From Octopus vulgaris (lineage: Eukaryota): DNA of 64,000 bases. The position numbers and the translations under genes were made by a program. Location: positions 22,444,001 to 22,508,000 of the forward strand of contig OX597826.1 in assembly GCA_951406725.2 (NCBI GenBank), written 5' to 3'. The notes under the pieces are model-generated. The model was not told the DNA's origin. It did no database searches and saw nothing but the letters and a program-made list of their open reading frames with translations. Positions 51,015-60,851 of this stretch are shown one piece after another. How positions within the stretch are numbered: the first letter of the stretch is position 1; every line of letters begins with the position of its first letter.

Positions 51015-53109
51015 CAATGTTTTCCATATGTATTTATGCTGATGTATATGTTTATATGTATGTCTATATATAGATATATATAAATCTGTGTTTATCTGCA
51101 TGGTTTCTCTATATCTTTATACACATAGGTCATTATCGGTAAGATGTCTTTTGTCCCCTTGTTTTAGGCCTATTGATTGTTAAACTGGCTAGAATCTTTC
51201 TCTCCTTCTCTTGATTATTGATTCTGTTACCATCTATCTTCACTCCCAACATACATATTTAATCTATATTTCATGTGTATGAATAGCTGTCTACATAGTT
51301 CATCATATACCTATTTCTATACACTAATATGCACAAAATTTATCTGGACCTACTTTTTTTTAGAAGAGCTGTTACGCTGTAATCTCTATGCTTCTTTTCC
51401 TACATATATTTGTATTTTTTTGGATGGTAATGTTTTCCATATACAAATGCTTTCCCAAATAAAACTGCACTTCAGTTTTGAAGCTCCAGTGAAGTTAGAG
51501 GGTAACACACAACCACTCAATTATGAGTGCATTGCATCTTATAGCAGAAACAGCTGTAAGCTAATAAAGTTCCTGACATAATTTCTTGTTCCTTTGCAAT
51601 TTATTTAATGTTTTATTATGCTCTGTACTCAACTAGCACTTCTTTCTGAAGCATAACTATATTGATTTCTAACACCAGGTTATTATACTAATAACCTGGT
51701 GAAATAAATGAATAAATTCATTTATTTATTTACTTACTAGCAGTATCGCCCGGCGTTGCTCGGGTTTGTAAGGGAAATAACTATATAAGCATTTTTAGAG
51801 AGTTATAGTCAAAAAATAGCAAAAAATGCATTAAAAATGGAAAAATATGATGGTAAATTTTTTTTAAATCGTTGACTCATCGTAGACATTTTTAGAGAGT
51901 TACTTCCCTTATATAATAGCGAAAAAATGCATTAAAATGGAAAAAAAACGATGGTAAATTTTTTTTTAAATCGTAGACTCATGTAGACGCTTTCTTAGCC
52001 ATTTCTGTTTTGGTGTCTTCAAGCCATGAAGTCGTTGTTCTAAAAGAACGCTGGTCTCCTTGACAATGCATTACGACGTTGATTTCCTTACACTCCCTTC
52101 CCCACAGGTGCAGGTGTGAGCGTGGACGCCAACTCCGCCGCCATCGACACACGAAAAATTATGCATTAAAATGGAATAAAAAATGATGTTAAATTATTTT
52201 TAAAATTGTAGACTCATCGTAGACGCGCGCTAATACTCAGACGGGCTCGATATGAATCACGACTATAAGCTACCCGAATTTGGTTAAACTGCACCGCAAA
52301 ATGTGGGAGTAGTTAGGAATCTAAATCGAAGGGGACAGACACTCACACAACTACAGTTTTATATATATAGATATACATAGCGCAGTAGTGGTGAGATGTG
52401 ACAGCAAAGAAAAGCATACGTTCACTCTCTGCATGCAATTAGACTCAGAAAGTTCGTGAGGAACCCATTGACCCAATTTGCTGACTTTTCCGATAGCACA
52501 CAGGTCTCAATGAATGGTTGAATGACCAAATCCAAGCTTCTCTGCTAGTTCCTCAACAGTTACGATGAGATTTTGTTCCACCAGGGTTTTCAGGATGTCC
52601 TTGTCGAGTTCTACAGATCTTTCAGGAGGAGGCTCGTCTTCTAGGCTGTAGTTTATGGCTCGGAATTTCTGGAACCACCATTGACACTGCCTTACGCTTA
52701 TTGTCCAATCCCCATATACTGCATTAATATTTCTTGTACTTTCCGTTGCGTTGTTGTCTTTATTGAACTCATAAAGCAAAATATGCCAAATATGCTCCTT
52801 TGTTACTTCCAACAAAGCTTTGAAAAAAATAGCTGTTAAAATCGAAATGCACTCTTCAAAACTTGCACTATAAATAAGGACAAGATAAAATTACTACCTG
52901 CTTTTATAGCAAGTTAATATAAGTAGTTTATCCCATTCCCCTCTGACTTTTAGTTCAAGCTGTTGAAAAAACCGCATTATTATATATATATACATACATA
53001 CATACATACATACATATACACACACACTCTCTCTCTCACACACATGAACACATTTATATTCTGTTATTCTTTTATATGTTTCAGCCTTGAGGTTGTGGCC
53101 ATGCTGGAT

Positions 53110-53140
<31 letters not shown>

Positions 53141-56100
53141 CTATCTGTCTGTCTGTCTGTATGTATATATGTATATGTATGTGTGTGAACAATAATATTT
53201 TCAACAGATGTGTTGCAAATGTATCTGATTGTTCTCAAGCTTCAATACTGTGTGTGTGTGTATGTGTGTGTGTATGTATGTATGTATATGTATGTATGTA
53301 TATGTATGTATGTATGTATATATGTATGTATGTGTGTGTATGTATGTATGTGTGTGTGTGTGTATGTATGTATGTATATGTATGTATGTATGTATGTATA
53401 CGTATGTATGTATGTATGTGTGTATGTATGTATGTGTGTGTGTTTGTCTGTATGTGTGTGTGTATGTGTATGTATGTATGTATGTATGTATGTATGTATG
53501 TATGTATGTATGTATGTATGTATGTATGTATGTATGAGTGTATGTTTACTTTATTACTAACACAAGCCACTACAGTTATTTAATGTAAAGTCTTCCTCAA
53601 ATCACTCTGTCTCGCTATTTACTGTCTTCCAAGAACATTTTCACTCACTCTTATTTGTTAGCTTCCCATACATTTTACTCATGTATCTATCAGCGTGATA
53701 GACAGAAACAAATATTACATCTAGTTTCACTTTATTCGTTACACAGTGTGTGTGCGCGTTTGCGTGTGATGTAAACCAGACTAAGAAAAGCATTTGACAC
53801 ACACACCAGAATGTGAGTTTTCTGTAAATTTTGCTTAATTGGAGTTTAAATTTTAAAAACTGGACCTGGCATGACGCGATGCATTGTACTCTTAAAAATG
53901 CTAGGTAAATTGTAATTGAAGAAATCCTATATTGTAGATTTCTATAACTCCCAAAGGGAGGCAGATAAAATCTGCCTTTTATAATAAGAGATGTATGTAT
54001 GTGTGTATGTATGTATGTGTGTGTGTGTATGTCTGTATGTGTGTGTGTATGTGTGTGTATGTATGTATGTATGTATGTATGTATGTATGTATGTATGTAT
54101 GTATGTATGAGTGTATGTTTATTTTATTACTAACACAAGCCACTACGGTTATTTAATGTAAAGTCTTCCTCAAATCACTGTCTCGCTATTTACTGTCTTC
54201 CAAGAACATTTTCACTCACTCTTATTTGTTAGCTTCCCATACATTTTACTCATGTATCTATCAGCATGATAGACAGAAACAAATATTACATCTAGTTTCA
54301 CTTTATTCGTTACACAGTGTGTGTGTGCGTTTGCGTGTGGTGTAAACCAGACTAAGAAAAGCATTTGACACACACACCAGAATGTGAGTTTTCTGTAAAT
54401 TTTGCTTAATTGGAGTTTAAATTTTAAAAACTGGACCTGGCATGACGCGATGCATTGTACTCTTAAAAATGCTAGGTAAATTGTAATTGAAGAAATACTA
54501 TATTGTAGATTTCTATAACTCCCAAAGGGAGGCAGATAAAATCTGCCTTTTATAATAAGAGATTTATTTTTACTTAGGCATTGTGATGATACTAATAACC
54601 TGCTAATAGAACTCAATATATTTATGCTTCAGAAAGAAGTGTATATGCAAGCATGCATATATGTATGTATGTTCTGCAGGTCTCTGAAAATGAGCAAATA
54701 CCAAATTAGCAGCTTTATATACGCTTTGCGGTTCTTAGAGCGGCTTACTAAACCAATACTGTCATAAAATCTATGGTTACAGTGAGAACATGTAACAGCA
54801 GAATCAGGGTCCATTGGGATTATTGCTTTCTATGCAGCCCTTTTCTATTTAGTTTCTCAATTTCAGAAATAATTAGTGGAACTGAGGCTGAAACATTTAT
54901 TTCACAAACTATTCGGTTTCACATCACCAACCACCAGATAAAAGAGAACATTTGGAACAGTACAACGTTTATTTGATGAATTATCAAATCATTCTCACAG
55001 CACCATTTATAACATTTATAATCCAATGTACTGTTACAAATGCTTACTAGTTTCTGAGGACTGGTTATGTGAAACTCTGAATAATAGTTTGTGAAGTTTT
55101 TCAGCTACATTAAAATATATTTTACTTCATTTTACTTTTGATATTCAAGAACTGTTTTCTCTACCTTGTTCTACACCTATGTGTTTACATGTGTGTACAC
55201 ACACACATATATATATATACTAGCAGTATCGCCCGGCGTTGCTCGGGTTTGTAAGGGAAATAATTATATAAGCATTTTTAGAGATGTAAAGTATAATAGC
55301 CATCTCAATATGGCTAACCACAAAGGGGGAGGGTGTTACTGTAGCTTTTTACGTTCTGAGATTTAATAATAAATTTTAGAGAGTTACTTCCCTTATATAT
55401 GTCAAAAATGGATTAAAAATGGGAAAAATTGATGGTAAATTTTTTTTTAAATCGTAGACTCATCGTAGACGCGCGCTAATACCCAGACGGTCTCGACATG
55501 AATCACGACTATAAGATACCCGGTTTTGGTTAAACTGCACCGCAAAATGTGGGAGTAGTTAGGAATCTAAATCGTAGGAGACAGACACACAACCTCACTT
55601 TTATATATAAAGATTTCCTCTATTTACATAATATTGAGGTCTCTTTCTTTCTTTTGTTATCTTACTGTTTTTACCAATATACATATATATATATATATAA
55701 ATATATATATAGTTACAGAGATGTACTTGCATAGCAAGTGACTTGATCTGAGATCGTGTGCTGGAACGAAAACAGTTGCAGCGTTGAAGGTGTTTATAAG
55801 CCATTTAAGAAACACACAAAAACCGTTAGATTCACTTCAACATTTAAATTTAATTTGTCAAAATATTTTCATTGCTTTGAGACCGCGACCTGTTAGCACG
55901 ATATTTTTGTCAGTGAACAGGTCACGGTCTCAAAGCGACGAAAATATTTTGGCAAATTAAATTTAAATGTTGAAGTGAATGTAACGGTTTTTGTGTGTTT
56001 CTTAAATGGCTTACAAACACCTTCCACGCTGCAATATATATATACACACATATATATATATGTATGTATGTATGTATGTGTGTATATGTGTATGCATGTA

Positions 56101-58487
56101 TGTGTGTGTGTGTGTGTGCGTGTCTGTGCTTGTGATTGTCCTCCACCACTGCTTGACAACGAATGTTGGTTTGTTTACATCCCTGTCACCTAGTGGTTTG
56201 ACAAAGGAAACAGATAGAATAAGTACAATGCTTACAAAAATAAAACGAGTTGATTCATTAAACTACAATTCTTCAAGGCATTGCCCCAGCATGGTCACAG
56301 ACCAATGGCTGGAAAAAGCAGAAGAAGAAAAGAATACATTCTCTGCTTTGGTCTTATGTTCAAGGCATAAGAAAGCTTGAGTTTACATGAGAAGGCCTAA
56401 CAGACCTGGTAGAAACAGCAGCCAAATCTCCCTCAAATCACACCTTACTGTCTTATCTATGTATATATGTATGTATGAGCCTATGAGGGAGACCCCTACA
56501 TGGCAGCTAGACCTGGTAGAAATAGCAGCCAAATTTCCCCCAAATCACACATTACTGTCTTATCTATGTATATATGTATGTATGAGCCTATGAGGGAGAC
56601 CCCTACATGGCAGCTAGACCTGGTAGAAATAGCAGCCAAATTTCCAGGTCCCCCTCATTGGCTCATATATATATACATACATAAGACAGTATGTATATAT
56701 ATATGAGCCAATGAGGGGGACCTCTACATGGTAGCTAGACCTGGTAGAAATAGCAGCCAAATTTCCCCCAAATCACACCTTACTGTCTTATCTATGTATA
56801 TATGTATGTATGAGCCTATGAGGGAGACCCCTACATGGCAGCTAGACCTGGTAGAAATAGCAGCCAAATTTCCCCCAAATCACACCTTACTGTCTTATCT
56901 ATGTATATATGTATGTATGAGCCTATGAGGGAGACCCCTACATGGCAGCTAGACCTGGTAGAAATAGCAGCCAAATTTCCCCCAAATCACACCTTACTGT
57001 CTTATCTATGTATATATGTATGTATGAGCCTATGAGGGAGACCCCTACATGGCAGCTAGACATGGTAGAAATAGCAGCCAAATCTCCCTCAAATCACACC
57101 TTACTGTCTTATCTTTCTGCTACTTGGATATAGGTGTTATATTCGTCGTAAAAAACTTTCCTGTCACACACTCACGCACACGCACACACGCACCCTCACA
57201 CACACACACACACGCGCACACCCACACACACCCACTCACACACACGCACGTTAGCTTACAATTTTATTTATATATTTGCGTGTCTATGTGCGGAAAGAGG
57301 AAGTGGGAGGCAGAGTGAAAGAATCACTCACTACAGTAAGTCAATTACTTTCATTTTATTCGTTGCCCACTGTGTGTGTGCGTTTGCGTGTGGTGTAAAC
57401 CAGACTAAGAAAAGCATTTGACACACACACCAGAATGTGAGTTTTCTGTAAATTTTGCTTAATTGGAGTTTAAATTTTAAAAACTGGACCTGGCATGACG
57501 CGATGCATTGTACTCTTAAAAATGCTAGGTAAATTGTAATTGAAGAAATCCTATATTGTAGATTTCTATAACTCCCAAAGGGAGGCAGATAAAATCTGCC
57601 TTTTATAATAAGAGATATCAAGATAATTGTGATATTCAACATACCTTGGAGTCTAAGGTGAACATGCCAATAAATTTGAGTGGGGCAACACTGAACAGAG
57701 CAATGGCTTTACAAAGTGTTCTGTTTTGGTCAGGCTACAACAGAAAACAGTATAAAAATAGGTGGTGGTGGTGGTGGCAGCAGTAGCAGCAGCAGTAGTA
57801 GTAGTAGTAGCAGCAGCAGTAGTAGTATAATGATTTCTAAGATTAGCATTTAAGGGAAAGGCATAGACAGCCATTCCTGTAGAGATTATCCCAAACAAGC
57901 TGGCTCAAGGCCTTTTGGAGCTTTTCCATCATTTTCCAATCTGAAAGTTCTCCAGGAGGAAGGGACCATGATGACTATCTTCATCCTTGCCCCTTCTCAA
58001 TATGTCATTGTACAATGTTCCTGATGTGATTACCTCCCTCTCTCATTCTTATCACTCTCGCACTCACCTGGAGGCATAATATGCTTAAGAGATGCAATGA
58101 AATTGCACGTGCCTTCCACACTCCCTCCCTGTCTTTTGGTATCAGTTACCTTCACCATTCATCCATCTCTTGCCGGCATGGAAAGTGGATGTAAGATAGA
58201 AATTACATACATGTGTACGTATGTATATCGTGTCTACGTTTATTATGTCCCATAAATTAGTTGTTCAACAAAGAAAATCAAAGAATTATGGAACTCAAAA
58301 AGAATTTGACCAAAAAAGATCTTACCAGCTATTTCCCCACCACTATGGCTGCGCCTAATGACTTAAAAAAAGTGGAAGAGTAAGAACCATCATAATTATT
58401 TAAATATCAATACATACCTGTGAAAATGTCGTAATAGTAGTTGATGATATTGCTATAGAATACTGAGGATCATCCCATTCAATTGTT
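11043..58487 (-). CDS. DCAF17: DDB1- and CUL4-associated factor 17 orthologue, 5'-partial multi-exon gene (10 exons in window)
   Basis: Ten exons with canonical AG/GT sites splice in frame (70+90+108+100+134+113+88+69+174+99 nt). The product carries motifs I recognise from vertebrate DCAF17: [47 protein letters not shown]...[29 protein letters not shown], and C-terminal F.C.VY. Recognition is from memory, not a database search. Confidence 0.9.
11500..12885 (-). mobile_element. RTE-clade LINE, 5'-truncated and decayed
   Basis: Reverse-strand matches to [30 protein letters not shown] and the 3' UTR of the copy at 37290-40010. Confidence 0.92.
13400..16935 (+). mobile_element. Decayed pogo/Tigger-like DNA transposon (CENP-B HTH plus DDE_1), interrupted by a mariner
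   Basis: Fragments [44 protein letters not shown]...[11 protein letters not shown]; TIR-like end ...ttggggcccgagagta at about 16935; left end not located. Confidence 0.65.
15516..16732 (-). mobile_element. Near full-length mariner with both TIRs and TA duplication (pseudogenised)
   Basis: TA-tcaggtaatcccataagttctgtc ... gacagaacttatgggatgacctga-TA; ORF pieces with [19 protein letters not shown] and N-terminal HTH. Confidence 0.95.
18481..18654 (-). CDS. DCAF17: DCAF17 exon I: [58 protein letters not shown]
   Basis: ttttcctctcccttacag acceptor, gtaagt donor; 174 nt, phase 0-0; lies inside ORF 18466..18807. Confidence 0.9.
19571..19639 (-). CDS. DCAF17: DCAF17 exon H: [23 protein letters not shown]
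   Basis: atttttacag acceptor, gtaagt donor; 69 nt, phase 0-0; T.SGR.V...FN motif. Confidence 0.87.
21118..21337 (-). mobile_element. tRNA-derived SINE (internally deleted)
   Basis: Minus-strand head GGAGGCGCAATGGCCTAGTGG (A box) ... GGTTTCGATTCC (B box); tail aaaggcggtgctccagcatggcc shared with the SINE at 21828. Confidence 0.85.
21485..26028 (+). mobile_element. Decayed Ty3/Gypsy LTR retrotransposon
   Basis: 70-bp LTR match 21485-21554 vs 25959-26028; purine tract then TGTTGTGG at 25863; gag zinc knuckle [14 protein letters not shown], protease [21 protein letters not shown], RNase [15 protein letters not shown], integrase SDNG.QF/SNGQVER in PR-RT-RH-IN order; many stops and frameshifts. 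Confidence 0.92.
21828..22245 (+). mobile_element. tRNA-derived SINE with internal (TG)n, nested in the Gypsy element
   Basis: ggcgtaggagtg...tggtaag (A box) and ggttcagttcc (B box) head, (TG)n body, gtaaaagagta tail. Confidence 0.88.
26455..28008 (-). mobile_element. Dong/R4-like restriction-endonuclease (RLE) LINE fragment
   Basis: RT motifs [12 protein letters not shown] and [10 protein letters not shown]; CCHC finger CKMC...HIVSTC, RHD and ILWDF...IIDVAVP endonuclease motifs. Confidence 0.85.
28027..28714 (+). mobile_element. Retroposon-like insertion between (ATT)n runs ending in a 19-bp tandem repeat
   Basis: Less AT-rich block bounded by ATT microsatellites; GGTACTGCATCAGGGCATT about 7.5 times at 28569-28714; strand assignment tentative. 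Confidence 0.55.
29060..29147 (-). CDS. DCAF17: DCAF17 exon G: [29 protein letters not shown]
   Basis: ctttcatcaccag acceptor, gtaagt donor; 88 nt, phase 2-0; continues the RILKL motif from exon F. Confidence 0.85.
29400..30800 (+). mobile_element. Highly decayed Ty1/Copia-like relic (RT end and RNase H)
   Basis: Fragments [24 protein letters not shown] and LRV....K......EIEWIKS.E.ISECL...SASS match copia RNase H C-terminal motifs. Confidence 0.6.
31755..32932 (-). mobile_element. Solo LTR-like element, about 1.18 kb
   Basis: GC/CpG-richer block with inverted ends TGTTACGG...CCGTCACA (TG...CA); strong pyrimidine skew; no clear TSD or coding motifs. Confidence 0.55.
33429..33541 (-). CDS. 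DCAF17: DCAF17 exon F: [37 protein letters not shown](R)
   Basis: ctgttgtag acceptor, AG|gtcagt donor; 113 nt, phase 0-2; FHPD motif. Confidence 0.9.
33620..35935 (-). mobile_element. RTE LINE fragment with (GAT)n tail, split by a mariner
   Basis: Tail catcatcatcgtttaacgtccg at about 33625; ORF 34501..34761 YLGDQVS...[13 protein letters not shown]; resumes after 35847. Confidence 0.9.
34821..35845 (+). mobile_element. Mariner (second family) with both TIRs, internally deleted
   Basis: TA-cgagtggtgttcaataagtaatgcc ... ggcattacttattgaacgcccctcg-TA; ORF pieces [33 protein letters not shown]; catalytic C-terminus missing. Confidence 0.93.
36524..37289 (-). mobile_element. RTE LINE 3' end (3' UTR with internal repeats)
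   Basis: (CAT)n tail at about 36524-36540, repeated atgcttttacatgccaccggca and tgtgaggcccaa modules, ORF end [13 protein letters not shown] in reverse. Confidence 0.85.
37290..40011 (+). mobile_element. RTE-clade LINE, 5'-truncated, best-preserved copy (RT with about 2 frameshifts)
   Basis: ORFs 37168..38265, 38262..38696 and 38734..39411: [62 protein letters not shown]; 3' UTR and (GAT)n tail. Confidence 0.96.
40028..41330 (-). mobile_element. RTE LINE fragment, older and opposite in orientation to the adjacent copy
   Basis: ORFs 39983-41390 with [39 protein letters not shown]. Confidence 0.92.
41807..41940 (-). CDS. DCAF17: DCAF17 exon E: [45 protein letters not shown]
   Basis: poly-T tract plus gcag acceptor, gtgagt donor; 134 nt, phase 1-0; lies inside ORF 41756..41953. 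Confidence 0.92.
42218..42317 (-). CDS. DCAF17: DCAF17 exon D: [33 protein letters not shown]
   Basis: tttctatttgcag acceptor, AAG|gtaaaa donor; 100 nt, phase 0-1; lies inside ORF 41964..42335. Confidence 0.92.
42500..44300. mobile_element. Cluster of decayed copies of an old SINE-like family (about 200-250 bp)
   Basis: Motifs aatagcagccaaatctccctcaaatcacac, ataatgtagtccta, tttgatcataggtctg and gagctaaacaacaa recur here and near 9200, 18100, 18800, 19750, 31450 and 47900. Confidence 0.6.
44331..45218 (+). mobile_element. Mariner with both TIRs, internally deleted
   Basis: t(a)gggtcatcccataaataat ... attattcatgggatgacccaa-TA; [18 protein letters not shown] and [14 protein letters not shown] motifs. 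Confidence 0.93.
46503..47875 (-). mobile_element. Non-autonomous Helitron, about 1.37 kb
   Basis: Minus-strand 5' TCTATATCTATAAACAGCAAAATGTCTGTG; 3' hairpin GACCCAGCAATACCGGGTC followed by CTAG|T. Confidence 0.85.
48356..48727. repeat. 57-bp perfect inverted repeat enclosing a duplicate of the exon C acceptor region
   Basis: 48356-48412 is the exact reverse complement of 48671-48727; 48415-48717 is a near-identical direct copy of 49370-49674. Confidence 0.92.
49264..49371 (-). CDS. DCAF17: DCAF17 exon C: [36 protein letters not shown]
   Basis: ttttcatactcag acceptor, gtaagt donor; 108 nt, phase 0-0. Confidence 0.9.
49720..50511 (+). mobile_element. RTE LINE fragment with internal deletions and (GAT)n tail
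   Basis: ORFs 49831..50118 and 50055..50252 match the RTE C-terminus; the GPAI..DS..VDKAI segment is joined directly to RVRIAW. Confidence 0.92.
51737..52371 (-). mobile_element. Non-autonomous Helitron, family A
   Basis: 5' A|TCTATATATATAAAACTG; 3' hairpin CCCGAGCAACGCCGGG followed by CTAG|T; inserted between A and T. Confidence 0.92.
52373..52981 (-). mobile_element. Mariner 5' fragment, near-identical to 1-562
   Basis: ORF 52507..52815 differs from 88..396 at 2 residues. Confidence 0.92.
53557..54562 (-). mobile_element. Two head-to-tail Helitron-like family B copies separated by (TATG)n
   Basis: 53557-53991 and 54130-54562 are near-identical to each other and to 978-1457. Confidence 0.7.
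55220..55613 (-). mobile_element. Non-autonomous Helitron, family A
   Basis: Same 5' TC...TATAAAA start and 3' hairpin plus CTAG as 51737-52371. Confidence 0.92.
55715..56034. mobile_element. Palindromic MITE (about 118-bp arms)
   Basis: 55776-55894 is inverted at 55916-56034; the arm sequence also occurs at 15415-15513. Confidence 0.85.
56390..57113 (+). repeat. 107-bp minisatellite made from a SINE-like fragment plus (TATG), about 6.5 copies
   Basis: cctacatggcagctagacctggtagaaatagcagccaaat...ttactgtcttatctatg repeated; ORF track starts are offset by 107 bp. Confidence 0.95.
57342..57615 (-). mobile_element. Helitron-like family B copy (3'-truncated)
   Basis: Same 5' end and body as 978-1457; begins about 29 nt downstream of the exon B donor. 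Confidence 0.65.
57645..57734 (-). CDS. DCAF17: DCAF17 exon B: [30 protein letters not shown]
   Basis: ttttctgttgtag acceptor, AAG|gtatgt donor; 90 nt, phase 0-0. Confidence 0.88.
58418..58487 (-). CDS. DCAF17: DCAF17 exon A: (x)[23 protein letters not shown]
   Basis: tttttccag acceptor, CAG|gtatgt donor; 70 nt, phase 2 to 0; resembles DCAF17 YLSWDTPQEVIAV. Confidence 0.85.
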
Positions 58488-59171
58488 CTGGAAAAATAAC
58501 ATTTAGGAATGAATAAATTTATTATTGACAAAGGCATACAAACATACTTTTATGATAATGGAGGAAGAGACAAATAAACATTGGCGTACAACCATGTGAA
58601 TGTTACTCCAACAACCTTCCTATGCAATCTAAAAGGAATAGCAAAATCTTCCTGATTTTATTGTTTCATCACAGCTATCATTCTTTCTTAACCAAATCTA
58701 ATAAATATGCTCACTTCCTGCCTCTATCTTTAAACCTATTTGTTACTTTCCATACACATTCACACATACCTGTATGTATGTGTGTGTGTGTTTATATATG
58801 TATGCTCCACAGTATACATTAATAGATCAAAGAGATGCAAACCTTTTCTGGTCAAAGATCTCTACTGACCAAGTGAATTTCTGAAGATCTAAAATTTTCA
58901 TTAAATATAAGAATCTGGACAAGTTTTTATTACTGAACTGGAAAACACTACCCTCTCTGGATTAAGCATGCAATCTCATGAACTTTAACCTTTCCCCACT
59001 GAATAAATTACACCAACCATATTGATTCCAACTCTTAATTCTTTTACGTCCATATAACTTTATTCCACTTTTTTTTTTTACCTATTTCCTTTCTTATTTT
59101 TTTTACCTATTTTTTTTACCTATTTCCTTTCTTATTTTTTCTCACTTTTTCTCAAAAAAGCAGCCATGTTG

Positions 59172-59406
59172 TATAACAGAGTATGAATGATAGCTTGAAA
59201 AACATGTGGTATCCTAAAAATGCTTGCCCAACAATCACCTTTTTGATCTTCCACAACTTTCTTTTCTAAGTGTATATATAGAAAAGGAAGATGTGGAAGA
59301 TCATTAAATTCACCCTTCTATTAGATTCAAGCCTCTAAGATTACAACGATTGGACAAGCATTTTTAGGATGCCAAATGTTTTTCAAGCTATCATTCAGAC
59401 TCTTGT

Positions 59407-59409
<3 letters not shown>
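59172..59409. mobile_element. Palindromic MITE-like element, about 240 bp
   Basis: tgaatgatagcttgaaaaacat..cctaaaaatgcttg is inverted at caagcatttttagg..atgtttttcaagctatcattca; inner arms tgatcttccaca/tgtggaagatca. Confidence 0.8.
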
Positions 59410-59437
<28 letters not shown>

Positions 59438-60004
59438 GTGTGTGTGTTTGTGTATGTGTGTGTGTATATATATATATATATATGCATGTATATGTGTGTG
59501 TGTGTATGCATGTATATATATGTGTGTGTATGTGTGTGTGTATATATATATAAACTCTACGTTTATTTGTAAGACTTTAATTAGCCAAAAAGATATATAG
59601 ATCGTTAATAGTAATATGTTTTTTTTAAAGTTAGGTTTCATGTCTATACATTTATTGATAGCATAAATTTTAGTCTTTAATCACTATATTTGTTGATAGT
59701 TATTTAGTTATTATTTTTAAATATTTTATAATTTTTAGATGTGTACTTAAATCTAATATATGAATAACGATTTTTTTAGTTAAATAATATGGTAATTAAA
59801 TGTTTGGACTACAACTGAGTTAAGGATATTTGTGAGTTTATTATGTTTTTCTAAGCTATTTTATATATTCATAAATATCTCTAATAGTTGACTTTGTTTT
59901 ATTATAGCTTATATATAGCTATTTTCATTGATAAATATATTCGTAGTATTTATTGGATACTATATAACAACAGATTGATAATTTCATTGTATAAGTATTT
60001 AGTT

Positions 60005-60223
60005 CAGTGGTTTTCAACCAGGGTTCCACGGAACCTTAGGGTCCCACCAGTACAGTCCAGGGGTTCCGCAAGAAGTTACAAAAATGCTAAAATCGACAGT
60101 AATTTTTAATTCTCCTGTGCAGATATGTGTGCATAAGACAATTAAATTATTGCACAGGGGTTCCTTGAGCCAGTGAAATGTTTTCTTGGGGTTCTGCTCC
60201 AGCAAAAAGGTTGAAAAGCACTG
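60005..60223. mobile_element. hAT (Charlie-like) MITE with 8-bp TSD
   Basis: TIRs cagtggttttcaacc / ggttgaaaagcactg; perfect ATTTAGTT duplication on both sides. Confidence 0.93.
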
Positions 60224-60851
60224 ATTTAGTTGTTGAAGATATGTATTTCATTATTTCATTATTAGTTCTTAACTATATGGTTTTTGTAAGTTATTAATTA
60301 GCCAACGAGATATATGGATCGTTAAATAGTTATAGGGTTTTTTTAAGATACTTTATTTGTTTACAATTTGCTTTTTCATCTTTAATCTTTTAATTTTTAA
60401 TATATTTCATAAGTAATAATGAATAATTAATTCATTTAGTTTTTTATTATACATATATATATTTATTGACAGAGATAATTTTAGATCTTAATTCTTATAT
60501 TTATATATATTTATTGATAATTTAGTTACTATTCAAATATTTTATAATTATTTGATTTGAACTTTAACTTAATAATATGAATAGTGATTATTTTTTTGTT
60601 AAATAATTAGGTAATTAGATATTGACTATAACTGAGATTAGGTTATTCGTGAGTTTATTATGTTTTTTTAAAGCCATATTATATTTGAATAGATAAATAC
60701 ATTTCTATCTATTCTTACCTTAAAAATTAATATTCAACATTATAATTGGATTGTATGACATAATCATAATCGTTAAAGTTTCTAGTTTGATAATAGATTT
60801 TTTTATAAGAAACATTTTTATTTTATTTATTTCTTAAAAAATATTGTTTAA

